Positions 12,480 to 25,177 of a DNA stretch of 64,000 bases are shown piece after piece. How positions within the stretch are numbered: the stretch's first letter is position 1; each line of letters starts with the position of its first letter. A program made the position numbers and the translations under genes. This DNA comes from Phoronis australis (taxonomy: Eukaryota > Animalia > Phoronida). Under the pieces are notes generated by a model that searched no databases, was not told the origin of the DNA, and saw only the letters and a program-made list of their open reading frames with translations. The stretch covers positions 62,001 through 126,000 of the forward strand of contig NMRA01000340.1 of the NCBI GenBank assembly GCA_002633005.1, given 5' to 3'.

Positions 12480-13377
12480 TGTCAGACGATAGTCTGTGTG
12501 GGTTTGTTTAAAAGGTAGCTATGCTTTGAAGTTGTGCGTAGATGGAGAGTGAATAATCAAATCCAGTAATTAATTTATTATATGATAACCCCTAATTAGA
12601 CAAATGAAACCTATTGTTAATTAAGTAATCAACTACAAAGAGAAACTACGCTAGCGCCCTCTTTAAAGATTACTTTAATCAAACAACCAAACGATCAAAT
12701 GTCTTATCTGCTATCCAAGCTAGGACTCTCCACTTGTTGGATGTCTGTCCTGTTGGTGAATCTTCGAACTACACACACTGTATAGCGACAGTGTACTTGC
12801 TGGTCACCGTCTCTGGTGATGCAACACTTGCAGGCAATTTCTTCTACCCGCGAATCTTCTTGCTGGTCACAGTCTCTGGCTGATGACGCAACACTTCAGG
12901 TAGTATCTTACTACCCACAATGCAAGTGACAAGCTCTTAGTTAACTTCCGGTTCGTTAACCCTTGCCCTTGCCAAGATCCTTTCTAGAATCTTCCACGAG
13001 ATGGCTCTGTCGTACAACTGCTTCTGTACACTGTAGCAAGTCTTTATGCTTCAACTACTTTAGCGCATCTGATTATCTTGCTGATTTCAGCCCATAATAT
13101 AACATTCTACTTATTTAGTGATTGGCTAATAAAAACCACATGATCATATCCACTCGTATTATTGGCTGTTACAATTTGTTCTCAGAATATTCTAGAATCT
13201 CTAGAGTACTTTGACCCCAGAACCCAAAGTTGTAAACACCATCTAAAAATAGATTTTGACGTTAAAATACATGTCAACAAGTCTGACCCCATGATTTAAA
13301 AGTACATATGCACAAATTTTGGGCAACTTAAAATGGATCTATTCTTACTGATTACTTAATCAATATTTATTCTGACA
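12480..13377 (-). repeat. 5' LTR
   Basis: Direct repeat of 6913-7807, adjacent to the PBS. Confidence 0.95.
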
Positions 13378-14016
13378 CATCTAAAGAAATTACGTCGTCG
13401 CAACACAAACAAGGCAAACGGAACTCCAGATTTGCTCATGACATGAAAGTTGTCTTGACGGAAAATTTGCAGCTGAACAAAGAGCTTGGTTTCAAGTGTA
13501 TCCCAGCAGTCGTGGCTGAAAAGATGAGATAAATGAAGAATGGCCAAAAAAAAATTAAAAATGAGGTGACTGGGTAAAAGACGCCCAGATCAGTGGCTTC
13601 TTTTCCTGCATAGCTGTCTCCTCTAAAGCTGGCTGCGGGATGGAGCTTCCCAAATGATGGAGGGACAAATCAGTTACGTGAAGTCCTGAATGATTTGTGT
13701 TAATACCCAGTTTGTTCTACTGGGACATTCTGTCAACACCTTTTTATGTTGGTCGAAGTTTAAAGACCCGCGATTCCTTATTGATGTTGTATGTCCATAC
13801 ATTTTGACTTGTTCGGCACTTTAGATTGTCACATGAGCTTAATTATTCTGTTTTGAAAAGAAGAAAAAATGGACAAAAAATATTTGTACTTATATACGTT
13901 GTTGCCGCAATGGTTGAAATTTACAGAATCACCTTATCACTCAAGCACAAGGGGGGAAGCTTCAGATACCGACAAAATACTCAATCAGGGACATGTTGCA
14001 TAAAAGTTATACGCCG

Positions 14017-14290
14017 CAATGGCGGATCTAGGATATCACAAGGGGGGCCCAACATTTTGTCCGACTGTAAGCATTTGCGCCCCCCACGGTTGTAGATGCG
14101 CATAGCACCGAATGGGGGGAGGTCTGGAGGGGGGGGTTTGTGCCCCTCCCGCCCAGGAAATTTTTCTGTTTTTTCCTATAAAAATCGAGCATTTTCCTTG
14201 ATTCCTGCAGTATTATCAAAGAAAAAAGGTAAAAAATAAAAAAAAAAACGGAGAACGTGTCAAACAGGAAGAGGGGGGGATGGGGGCAGA
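14017..14290 (+). mobile_element. Partial MITE, family 1
   Basis: CAATGGCGGATCTAGGATATCACAAGGGGGGCCC... closely matches 2826-3030. Confidence 0.75.
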
Positions 14291-14585
14291 TACGAAATTT
14301 TTGGAAACCATGTAAGTTAAATACGTGACAGTCAAAGGCGTTTTGCTATGAACAGGGGCGGGGCGTAAATTGAAGTGGTTTTCTACCCGGAGTAGATTTT
14401 TTGTAATGAAAAGTTGTGACATAGCCTTGTTATGTGGTCCCCCGCCTGTAATAGAAGAGGGAACATCCTACGAGCTTTCAAATGCTGATATTTATCTACC
14501 CTCTGATCGGCCATCATATGAACGCTGCATTATTAATACCGAAAGTAAATGACGAAGTCTAATGATTTATTTAATCATTTTACAG

Positions 14586-14610
14586 GTGTTTCCGGATTGC
14601 ACTGCCGCAG
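14586..14610 (+). CDS. FReD copy A, 25-nt micro-exon (VFPDCTAA-G)
   Basis: TTTTACAG|...|GTATGT. Homologous in four copies and joins the next exon in frame. Confidence 0.85.
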
Positions 14611-15604
14611 GTATGTCATAAAATTTGAATATGCTTTTGATAATTAATGCTTAAGGTTATGTGGGACCCAAGAAAAAATGTCCAGTTTTGAATAATTATG
14701 GAACATCACGCCTCAGGAATGGCTGTGGGTCGAGGGACTGGGGGTCGAGGGGGTCGTGGGTGTGTGGTTCGAAGGAGTTTTAAAACAATCCACGCGTACA
14801 TGGTCTTGACAGTCGAACCTAAGTTTTCTCTTAGGCTCATGTCTTCCTTAGCAACGTCTGTCTGAATTCGACGTTCTGAAGTTGGTACATTCAACGGTTA
14901 AACTTTACACGACCGGAAACTGCAATACATGCGAGTCTACAGTTTCGTCCACCGTCTTGAATATTCACCTGCATTTCCAATTACTTGGACGGGAGAGTAC
15001 GCTTGTTGAAACCAATATTTCTAGAAAGATATCAATTGGATTGCCAAACTTTCGCAACTATGCCAATCACAATTATATTTTAGGATTGTCACAAACACAT
15101 TCTGCATGCCCTTCCGACTGGAAGTACTGACGTAAACTTTCACTACCAATTTGTCAATCATAACCTTGTCACCTTCTCGGAATTCTAGCATTGTTTGGTT
15201 GGAGCACGTTTGGTTGTTTTAGTCTTTTGCAAACGATAAAATGTAAGGCGTATGGATGTCTACTTTGCACTACTCTGTGATTCGCCCATGTAATATAAAA
15301 ATGCGCTCCTTGCAGCTCAAAAGTGAAACGAAGAAATATATCTAAGTTTATTAGCATGAACTTGCCTTTCCTTGAAGTTCGTCAGGAGTTTAGAGATAAA
15401 TTGAATGAGTAGACACTCATTAGTGGTATGAATGGCCACCGAACGCCACTTGCAATTTTCTGAAGCGTTCAAGTTTGTTGCCACGTCCAAGAGTGTATTT
15501 CTGGCGACAATTAAAGTAAAGTCACATTGGCAAGGAAGGTTTTAGACAAATTTCATGGCAAACAATGTCGTGATAACTGTTACGGGTACATTGCTGTTTT
15601 GTAG

Positions 15605-16212
15605 GTTTCAATTACAGCGGATTTCTGTTGATTAGACCAAATGGCCGTCCAGAAAATTTTTACGTCTATTGCGAAGAAGGTTGGACAATCATTCAGCGCA
15701 GGTTCGACGGTAATGTGGACTTCAAAAAAATCTGGGACGAGTACAAAAAGGGTTTTGGTAAGCTCGACGGTGAAATGTGGCTCGGTAATGACAACATTCA
15801 CTACATCACGCAGCAAGGTCAGTATAGGTTACAGTACATCATGACGACATGGGAAGGCACGCGCATGATTCGTGATCATCACTCCTTTGCTGTAGGAAAT
15901 GAGACAGAGAACTACAAGCTTTCCATATCGCTAGCTGGTTCTTCACTTGAGCAGCTCAATGGCTATCCCTTTTTGACAGTTGATGTAGATAACGACCAAA
16001 CCCATAAGAATTGCGCAGAATTTAACTTGGGCGGATGGTGGTATAAGAAGTGCGCTTTCGTGAATATTAACGCTTTATATCCTCAGAATAATACCTGTCC
16101 ATTAAACAAATTAATCTGCATGAGATATAACACGATGAGCGCCAAAGCGATTTTTCTCAAGTCTTCAATTATGAAATTATGCCTGAATGCCAGGACGCCT
16201 GACAAAGCATAG
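15605..16212 (+). CDS. FReD copy A, fibrinogen C-terminal (FBG) domain exon
   Basis: TAG acceptor; FYVYCEEGWTIIQRRFDGNVDF, GFG...EMWLGND, DVDND..NCA..GGWWY. Confidence 0.92.
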
Positions 16213-16674
16213 GCAAGCCGCCGCGTTCGTTTGTAGATGCAATAGATGTTCAACAACAAGTACATCAAGAGATAAAGCTTAGAATAACTAAAAGGGAAGT
16301 TCAAAAACATTTTCTAGAAAACTCCATTTCTCTGATACTGAAGAAGACATCAATTCGTTCCAAAGTGATGGCAGAACGTAACCCAATTAGGAACTTCCAT
16401 GAGACGAGGGATTTCCTCTTTACTGACCACAAAGTTCAAAGCCAAACGACTTTGCGCGATCAGTTTCAGCTCAATACACAGCATTTTGATTTCAGCCGTA
16501 AATGACCACTGCCAGAACAGTATACGAGGTTATGGATAATTCCCAGAAGTCAGTCAAGCTAATAATTCCAGTCAGTCAGGTCGCGGGAGCATGTAAACAC
16601 CGGCGATGATAATGCGCCATTTTTGTCTTACCATTCTTGGTTGTGAACAAAAACGCTTGGGACATTTACAATGC

Positions 16675-16915
16675 CATGCGCGCACCCGGCTTAAAATATG
16701 GGGGTGATCAGTTTATGGACCTTTACTGAAACGGGGACTAAAAAAAAAAAATAAATGAACGGAGCACTAGGTTCAGACCTATGAATTGTACTTACGCGCC
16801 GAATTCCTGTGGACTTTTGTCTCGTTTTCTTGGATTTTTGTTTCTCTGACGCGGAGCTTGTTGCCCACTTCGCCACATGGGAGGGCTCGTTCGATCCCCC
16901 GAGCACCCTGGGTGC
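16675..16915 (+). mobile_element. MITE family 2 with trimmed right end
   Basis: CATGCGCGCACCCGGC terminus. Absent at the paralogous site (39661: CAATGC|AGATCC). Confidence 0.75.
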
Positions 16916-16944
16916 AGATCCACGATATACGGAGAAGGAAAGAG

Positions 16945-18746
16945 AAATCCCAATAACTATAGAAGCATTACGTTATTGAACGTTGCCAGTAAAGTCTTCA
17001 CTTCATATCTAAATAAACGGTTAACTTCTTGCTTAACGAACAAGCCGGGTTCAGAGAACACTACTCAACCGTGGATAACATTTTTATTCTCAACGGCTTG
17101 ATACAAAAATGCTTGTTGAAACGTGAATCCAAACCATTTTTTGTGCATTTGTTGACTCCAGTAAAACTTTAGATTCTATAACTTTTCACATCTTAATATT
17201 GAAAGGTGTCGCAGGTTCTACTTTCAAAGTGTTACAAGATGTGAATAAAAATGTTAAATCGAAAATTAAATGTGGCTTAGGAATCACCGGCCACCCGTGT
17301 GAATGCATAGCAGGTGTCAGACAAGGCTGCATGATTAGCCCTATGATATTTTCATTGCACTAACAAGTGAAGTACAAACAGGTAGAACAGTGGCATACCG
17401 GTAAACCAAGATACAGCATATGATTTCTTGTTACTTTTTGCAGATGATGTCACCTTGTCTGGTGAAACTGTAGTGCAACTTAAGAGAAGGCTTGAATCAT
17501 TGGAAAGTTCTTGTTTAAAATGGAACATGTCTATGAATGTCGATGAATCAAATAAAATGGTCTTTAAAAAGGTGGGACCTTTGAATAATAATGAAAAATG
17601 GTTCTATAATGGAGCTAAATTCATGCATTCACTATAGTTAGCTAGGAATTGTATTCTCATGCAGGCTGAGTTGGACGATGTGTTGCAAAATACTTGCCCA
17701 GCAGGCAAGTAAAGCCCTTAATTTGGTCAAATCATATTTATACAAAATGGGACCAAATAGAACTGTAAAAATAGCATTTAAATCATTTGACTCTACGGTG
17801 GCACCTTTTCTGTTTTATGGTGCAGAATTTTGGGGGTACAGCCCACAGAAAGGAAATAGCAAGTCTCCAGCTTGCGTTTTGTAAAGGGTTATTAAGTATA
17901 GGTATCAAGACAGCAAATGCCATTGTGGACGTTTTGATTTGTGTGTAACGTATATCTGCAAAGACATTTGAAATTGTTGAAAATGAATGACGATAGATTG
18001 CCAAGACAATGTAACGTAATGCTGCGTGAAAACGATTTGAAAGGTCAAAAGAACTGGTGTACCGTAGTAAAAAAATGTATCATTCACAACTGGGTTTGGC
18101 TGTGTTTGGTTGGAACAAGGTGTTGCTGATGAGATGAATTTTGTTAATTTATATAAACGAAGGCCTCGAGATATGAATTTTCAATTATGGTCGTCTTAAC
18201 TAGCAAATACTGTTCAATGTAATTTTACCGTTCAATCAAATCTGAATTAACATGTGAAAAATATTTATGTGGTAGCCTGTCTTAAATAAAGTATTTGCAA
18301 ATTTGAGGTGTTCGATGCATCATCTTATGACTGAGTTGGGTAGAAGAAACAATGTACCTCGACCAGAAAGAACTCGTAAAGCTTCTAACAGCGATGAAAT
18401 TGAAACAGAGATGCACTTTTTACTTGATTGCCCTGTCCTTGCAGACGTAATTACCTCAATGTATTACTCGAAATAAAAACATTAATCCACTCTTAGGTTC
18501 AGATTCAATGTATGTTTTAAGAAATACAGCATCCTTCATTTAACCAGCAACGGAAATTAGTGCAAAGTTCAGAGTATTTTACGAAGTGGCAAGATTATGC
18601 TGTTTTTTTTTGTTTTTTAAATTTATTTATACCAAGCATGATAGATGCGGTTATTCTGTTTTTATATTAATGTGTTGAACTGTTTGTCAATGGACCTGTG
18701 AGTTTTGAAATAAATGTTTTATTGTTTGTATGTTTGTTTGTTGTTA
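16945..18746 (+). mobile_element. 5'-truncated, degenerate LINE (RTE-X-like) reverse transcriptase
   Basis: NYRSITLLN, QAGFR, GVRQGCMISP, LLFADD, YGAEFWG, and C-terminal E.HFLLDCP. Ends in AATAAA plus a (TTTG)n-like tail. TSD AAAGAG; the paralogous site near 25715 is empty. Confidence 0.88.
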
Positions 18747-19144
18747 AAAGAGGAAAAGTGTCTGTTGCTGATAAAAGCATTCACAATGGAATGTACGCCT
18801 GTATAAAGCAAAGACTATTGTCGAATATCTATGGATAAACAAGCTCAAAGTGAAAGAAATTCACCTGTGCAATGTTTTAAAAATATTTTCATATTATTAC
18901 CTTATGATTTTGTTCTAGTTTTTTGTTTTCTTTACTTTTGGTGTTTCACTTAAGTAAATCATTGTTTTGTAGTGAAAAGGCTGCATATAGTGGCAGCTTT
19001 CAGTGCTAAACATTTGTATTTTAATGTATTGTTATTTATTTGTGTAGCCATAAAAATAAACTTCCTCAACTACGGACGTGTCCATTATTTGATTATTTTA
19101 TGTTCAGCTATTATTTTGTAATTTTGTTCTCGGCGTTGTTATCT

Positions 19145-19260
19145 CTCCCATTGTTAAGGACAAGTTTGCAAATGTTAACTCCATGATGGACAATTATCGG
19201 TCTATTGCTCTTGCTGGTGTTGTGCTGTATTTGAAATTACACTTCTACAAACAATTTCTA
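19145..19260 (+). mobile_element. Short LINE RT fragment
   Basis: PIVKDK...DNYRSIALA motif. Confidence 0.5.
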
Positions 19261-19966
19261 ACAATGTAAACAGTGCTTACAGTTTTGTGTTTGACAGTTT
19301 TATATGAATCTGAACAGCCGTTTCTGAGACATGATGTTACGAAGTCAATCAAATTTGGACACTTTATTTAGTTGTTCTGCATAAACTTAAAGGTGGAAAC
19401 TCATCGTTGTCGTGACAAGCGAAACTTTTTAGACAAGTACGAGAGAGTGAATCTCAGATATCGCAAGTGGGAATGGAATGCACCTATAATATTTAAAACC
19501 AAAGTCATCTTTCTAAAACAGTTATCCATTACATTATTTTGTGACCTGATTTTGACTTAGGCTTTCCCCAAAGTCCTATTATTTCACCGTTGGACGAAAA
19601 TCCACGATACATACCCAGTTGTTTTTCAAACAGTCCACATACTGTAGTATGAATTATGTTCATTTTCTCAATTTTTCTTAAAAATCATGTCCAAAAAACA
19701 AAGAGTACACTTATTTTTAGGTAGCTTAATATATTCGAATTGTTTCATAATTCGGAATTGAGACAAACTTCCAAATTTCTTTTGTACAGACAATTTACTA
19801 GTGACGTCTTTCAACCCTCCCGGTTGCCGGGCGTTGGAAATGTTGCCTGGCAACAACAACGACCACAATAAGAAAAGATATTTATCAGTTTGAAGCAAAA
19901 CACGATACACGTTTTCATGAATCTGATCATCATGAACAATACAGTCGCACGTCAAACATCAAGTAT

Positions 19967-20039
19967 CATGGGCGGCGTACCATAGGGGGCTCGGAGGCCA
20001 TAGCCCCCCCCCACGTATTTCAGTGTTGCGCCGACCATG
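19967..20039. mobile_element. Tiny MITE (5-bp TSD class)
   Basis: CATGGGCGGCG...CGCCGACCATG with flanks AGTAT/AGTCT. Empty paralogous site at ~52640. Confidence 0.7.
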
Positions 20040-22085
20040 AGTCTGTCACAACACGTCGTATTCGAAGAGATACCGTCATCAGTACGTCGGTTATATTACA
20101 CAAAACAATGTCAAGGGAATTTGTAGCAACGCACATAAGCCTAGTACGTGTTTATAGGCGAGCACCTAACCTTCGAAATCTTAACAATGGGAGAAACAAT
20201 TCGTGAAGAGACGTTGGATGTAACTATTGCATATTCAATGAATCGGCTTTTGTTTTTACATTTCAAAATGTCGGCTCCTAGTTATTCTGAAGCTGTTCTT
20301 GCGAACAATTTGAAGAACTAAACATTCAAGCGGTGTTCTACGTGAATTCAGTTGACAGAAGAAGTCACCACACGACTAGCCATGTTATTTGCACTGTAGA
20401 ATATAATAAATATCAATGGGAACAGACATGGTTATTACCCAAAGTGCTTTATCAAACAAAAATTAGAAAATTTATACCAGAATTTTTGTTTTGAAAAGTT
20501 AAGGCAGTATCGTCGTTATGTTGGAGAATTTTAATTTCAGTTTTTCAACATGAATGACTTTTCGCCTTTCATAAATTGTTAGCAACATTTTGAAATAACT
20601 ACACTGTTTTCTAGAAATATTTACTTTCCAAAACTGGTTGGCCTCAGGATATAGAACGCAGCTTGACACATAGTTACCACAAACAATGTATTAATCAAAT
20701 TTACGTTGTTCCACTCAAAACTCTTTTGCTTCCTTATGTTAGAACTTTCAAATGTTATTATTTTCATAGAAAGATATATGAAAACAGTGTCTTGAAAAAG
20801 ATGGTATTAGTTAGACAAGTGGGGACACATGGGCGCCTTGTGAAGCTGTTAAAACCTTTAACCATGTGTTTATGAAATGTGACTCCGTGAAAACTGTGTG
20901 GTACGAGATTCAGAAAATCTTAATTTTCTTAACTACACTAAACGACTTGATCTTAAATGCTATCTTGATGGCAATGTCTGAATAAGAGCTTCAGGCTCCC
21001 CATTCTGTAGTTATGAGCTTGAATACTGTCTACCTCAAGCTTCAACACGATTTCATCTGTCTCGGATACTCCCACAACTGTTGCTTCTTCACCAAGCATG
21101 TTCCACTTTCAGTTCGCCTCACACGTTGCTCTGTGGGCCTATTGAAGACTTCAAACGGTTCTGGAGTTAGTGCTGTAAGCACTTCGGAGCGTTTAAACTT
21201 TCATTTGCTCAGCGGTTCTTCAAAATTCAAAAAAGAAGATAATTTCAAAAGGCATAATTTGTATAAACAGAAACACCAGTGAACAGTGTTTTGGAAGATT
21301 TCTTGGTGGCAAATCAGAGAAGAAACAATACCGTCCGGAGGCAGTGGCGGCTTTAAGATGTCGCAAGTGGGTGACAAAAATTCTTTTCGAAGTAATCGTC
21401 TTCACGTGATCAACTTTAAAAAGCTCATTTGGTCACCTACCGAAGAAATGGGCTGAACCCTTAACCCCTTCGCCCACTGGTGCATCTGGATACTCAGAAG
21501 GGAGTAATTAAGTGGGGCAAACGCAAATTTTTGGAGACCTCTGCGGAGGCGCTGAAATGAGTAACAACCTAGGGCCATTTTGAAATGAGCAGAGAGCCAA
21601 GCGCAGTAAGTTGATGTCTAGGGATAAAAATTGATGTAATATATATTACCGTGCGAACACGGAGCTAACCGTCCCCAAATGTAGGCCATCCTGTTGAAAA
21701 CTGCAGGCTACTCCGCCAGAGGGCGTGTGTTCTTACATGTGTGGATAAGTGTGACCGAATATCATAGCAACACTCCAGTGTTGACTCACAAAATAAATGT
21801 GACGTTTGACCTACTTTCGATAGTGAGATTAATTGGCCTCATGAGACCTTGTCCTTCCAAAATTCTGCGTTCTTAACGTTGGTGACTTCGCCACTCAAAA
21901 TTTATTATGAATCGTCCTTCAAGACCGTGCGTACACTTTGAATATTCCGGCATGTTTTGAAAAAAATAATTGTATGCTCGGTTGAAAGAATAGTCGATAT
22001 TTTATATTTTTCACAAATTCACATCGACAGAAGGTCGTTTATCAGCGCACAGCGTTACAAAAACAATAATATTTACGATACAGAC

Positions 22086-22150
22086 TTGCTCTCATGAATA
22101 TTGCAGAGGAAACCTTTTACAAAAGCATAAAAGATTTACGTCAGTTTGCG
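22086..22150 (+). promoter_or_regulatory. Conserved proximal promoter block of PAN-FReD genes (also ~29711-29780 and ~43265-43330)
   Basis: GAGGAAACCTTTT, a CATAA(A/C)A TATA-like box and a TTACGTCA CRE/ATF-like site ~70-110 nt before the ATG in B, C and D. Degraded in E. Confidence 0.5.
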
Positions 22151-22214
22151 CGAGCAAATACTTAAATAAACAGAAGCCAAAGTGAACAAATTAGTTAATT
22201 TGAAGAGTAGTAAC

Positions 22215-22496
22215 ATGGCTGAGTGGTTGATATCGGTGCTGTTAGTTTCTCAGTGCCTCTGGTTCCTGGCTCGCTCAGCGATGTTTGTAGAATTTTCTAC
22301 AGAAAAGACATCCAAAACTTCCTGCAACAGCTTGATAACATTTAAAGTCAGATCAGAAACTGAATGCTCACAGAATTGTGCTTTACAGAAAGACTGCGTG
22401 GCATTTCTTTATGATGTGGACTCGGCACGTTGCTCTAACTACAACACGGTGGACTCCATAATTCGAGATCGAGGTCATAACATATTTGGCTGGCAG
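22215..22496 (+). CDS. PAN-FReD copy B exon 1: signal peptide + PAN/apple domain
   Basis: Hydrophobic N-terminus MAEWLISVLLVSQCLWFLARS; ECSQNCALQKDCVAFLY...C; donor CAG|GTAAGA; 94 codons. Confidence 0.88.
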
Positions 22497-22921
22497 GTAA
22501 GACACATGTTTATGTGGCAGGTAATCTTTTTATCTCCCTCTGTCCATACCTTCTCCCCCCTCAGTACCTCCTTTCCTCACCCCCCCCCCTCTCCCACCAC
22601 CTCCCTTCCCCTGTCACCCCTTAAATCCCAGTTGAATTATCCGTCCCCGTTTAGTGTGCAACCGTTGACTGAACAAAANNNNNNNNNNNNNNNNNNNNNN
22701 NNNNNNNNNNNNNNNNNNNNNNNNNNNNNNNNNNNNNNNNNNNNNNNNNNNNGGGGGGGGGGGGGGGGGAGTAGGGGGTGGTCAAAGGAAACAATTGTAA
22801 TTTTTATCTAACTGCGGATTATTTGTCCGATCTGTCTTCTGATCGACCGGTGTGCGATCGCTGCATAATTAATACCGAAGGAAAATGACGATGACTAATG
22901 ATATGCGTAATCATTTTACAG

Positions 22922-22946
22922 GTGTTTCCGGATTGCACTGCTGCAG
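22922..22946 (+). CDS. PAN-FReD copy B micro-exon
   Basis: AG|GTGTTTCCGGATTGCACTGCTGCAG|GTATGT; phase 0 to phase 1. Confidence 0.85.
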
Positions 22947-24572
22947 GTATGTCATAAAGCTTTAAAATATCCATGCGATGTTTAACGGTTAAGGTAATTT
23001 AAGATCCTAGAAAAATTGCCAAATTTGGCTAACTTTAGAGCATTATATCTCAGAAATTGCTGATGGTCTCTCCTCGAAACATTCACGTACTATGCTTGTG
23101 CACTGGTCAGAAAATGCTATTAAAATTGTTTTTAAAATGTTCTTACCTTTGCATGATGGGCTATCAAAAAACAACACTTTTATGATTTTCATGAATTAAA
23201 GACGCATAAAACGAAAAGAGTGATATTCTAGAAAGCTAATAGCTTTTTTAAAATATCACCTTGAACACATTACGTCAAATTTGTTCATGCTATTGATGGG
23301 CGGATGTTTCGCAACTCAACGAACCTTTCTTTTTTGGCAATTTTACCAAAAACGACATAGTCACGTGACTCAATTAATGATATATGGTTAAAAGTCAAGA
23401 ATCAAAATTTCCAGGATTTCTAATTTCAAAAAATATTTTTTGTTACTGAGTCTATAGTTTTCTATATGTTTTGCTAAATATACAGACTTGGGGTAGGCCA
23501 GGGATTTTTGGGGGGAGGCAGTTTTGAGGTAGGCGTTCCATGTACATGTAGGCTTACTCTGTTTCGTTTGTATTTGTGAATGCGTTGGGAATGAGAGAAG
23601 ACCGCTTGCTCGACTGTTGCTGAACTCTATTCCAAAATGGTAGCCCCCTGTTGCAATTTTACATTATTGGGTTGCGACTGAGAAAATCGGCTGCGATTTC
23701 AGGTAGCCCTCAGAGTAGACAAAATTGCTTAAATACTAATTGGTTGACCACATTTGTGGAATTTGTAGGAAATTTGCTTTCAGAATCTTATGTTGTCTTT
23801 TGTCACACATGAGCAGGCAAGTAGAGGTTTTGGGGTGTAAAATACCAATTTTCGTTTTTTCCCTTTTTTATCTTATCTTGCTTTTCAAATGGAGTGAGAG
23901 GGACAAAAATACAAAGAGAGAGTAAAATTTCTGTTGGGCTTGTGATGTGAAATGATCCTAAACTTTTCATTCTTTGCATGAGGTTTTCGACAATGACAAA
24001 CTGAAAAGTCAGTTGATATGTGTTCTGCTCAAGAAACCCAGTGAGAAATTTTCCGTGTCCCCAAAGGGAGGCAAAAAGTGCAATGTTGCACCGTCATCAT
24101 CACCGTGTTTCACTGAGCTTTGGTCGCCCCCAATTTCATTGCTACCTCAAACCCTAGTCCCCAAGATTTCTGAGCTAGTCCACCTTGTAACCTGAATGCC
24201 CCACACTTTCGAAAAGCTCCTGTGACTACGAGGCGGGACTTGGCGCCCCTCGGTTGTACGAGACCACTAAGCTGTACTTAAGTTGCGTAATGGATAATGT
24301 GGCGATGCTTGCAGTTCAAATGTGAAACAAAGAAATAAACTAGTTAAGCTTATTAACATGAGTTTAGAGATAGACTGAAGTAGCCACTCTTTAATGATAA
24401 GGACTGGCCACTGAACGCCGCTTGCAATGTTCTGAAGCGTTCAAGTTTGTTTGAGATGTCGAAGTGTATTTTCGCAGTGACAATTAAAGTAAAGTCATAT
24501 TGGCAAGGAAAGTTTTACACAACTGATGTATTTTGACATGATAACTAATACGGGTACAATCGTGTTTTGTAG

Positions 24573-25177
24573 GTTTCAATTATAGCGGATTTCTGTTGGT
24601 TAGACCAACTAGGAGTCCAGAAAGTTTCTACGTTTATTGCGAAGAAGGTTGGACAATCATTCAGCGCAGACTCGACGGTAATGTAAACTTTAATAAAACC
24701 TGGAAGGAGTACAAAAAGGGTTTTGGTGAGCTGGACGGTGAAATGTGGCTCGGTAATGACAACATTCACTACATCACGCAGCAAGGTCAGGTTAGGGTAC
24801 AGTACATCATGGTGACTTGGAATGGCACCGTCATGACTCGTGATCATGACGCCTTTGCTGTAGGAAATGAGAAAGACAAATACAGGCTTTCCATATCGCC
24901 AGCCGTGTTTTCCATTTCTGGTTCTTCAATTGACCAAGCCAATGGCATGCCCTTTACGACAGTTGATGCAGATAACGACGAAAGCCCGGCCAACTGCGCA
25001 GAATCCCGATTGGGAGGATGGTGGTACAAGAAGTGCTCGCGCGTGGGCCTTAACTCTTTATATCCTCAGAGTAATACCTGTCCAATAAGCAGGGCAGGCT
25101 GCATGAGTTACGAAACGGCAGAAGGCAAAAGGATTTTACTCAAGTCTTCAGTTATGAAATTATTCCTGAACGACTGA
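24573..25177 (+). CDS. PAN-FReD copy B, FBG exon
   Basis: In frame with the micro-exon; canonical FBG motifs. Confidence 0.92.

Larger units (their letters stand above)
6913..13377 (-). mobile_element. Full-length Gmr1-like Ty3/Gypsy LTR retrotransposon
   Basis: Two ~895-bp direct LTRs (TGTCAGA...TCTGACA), PBS, PPT, near-TSD CATG/CATC, and Gag-PR-INT-RT-RH domain order. Confidence 0.95.
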
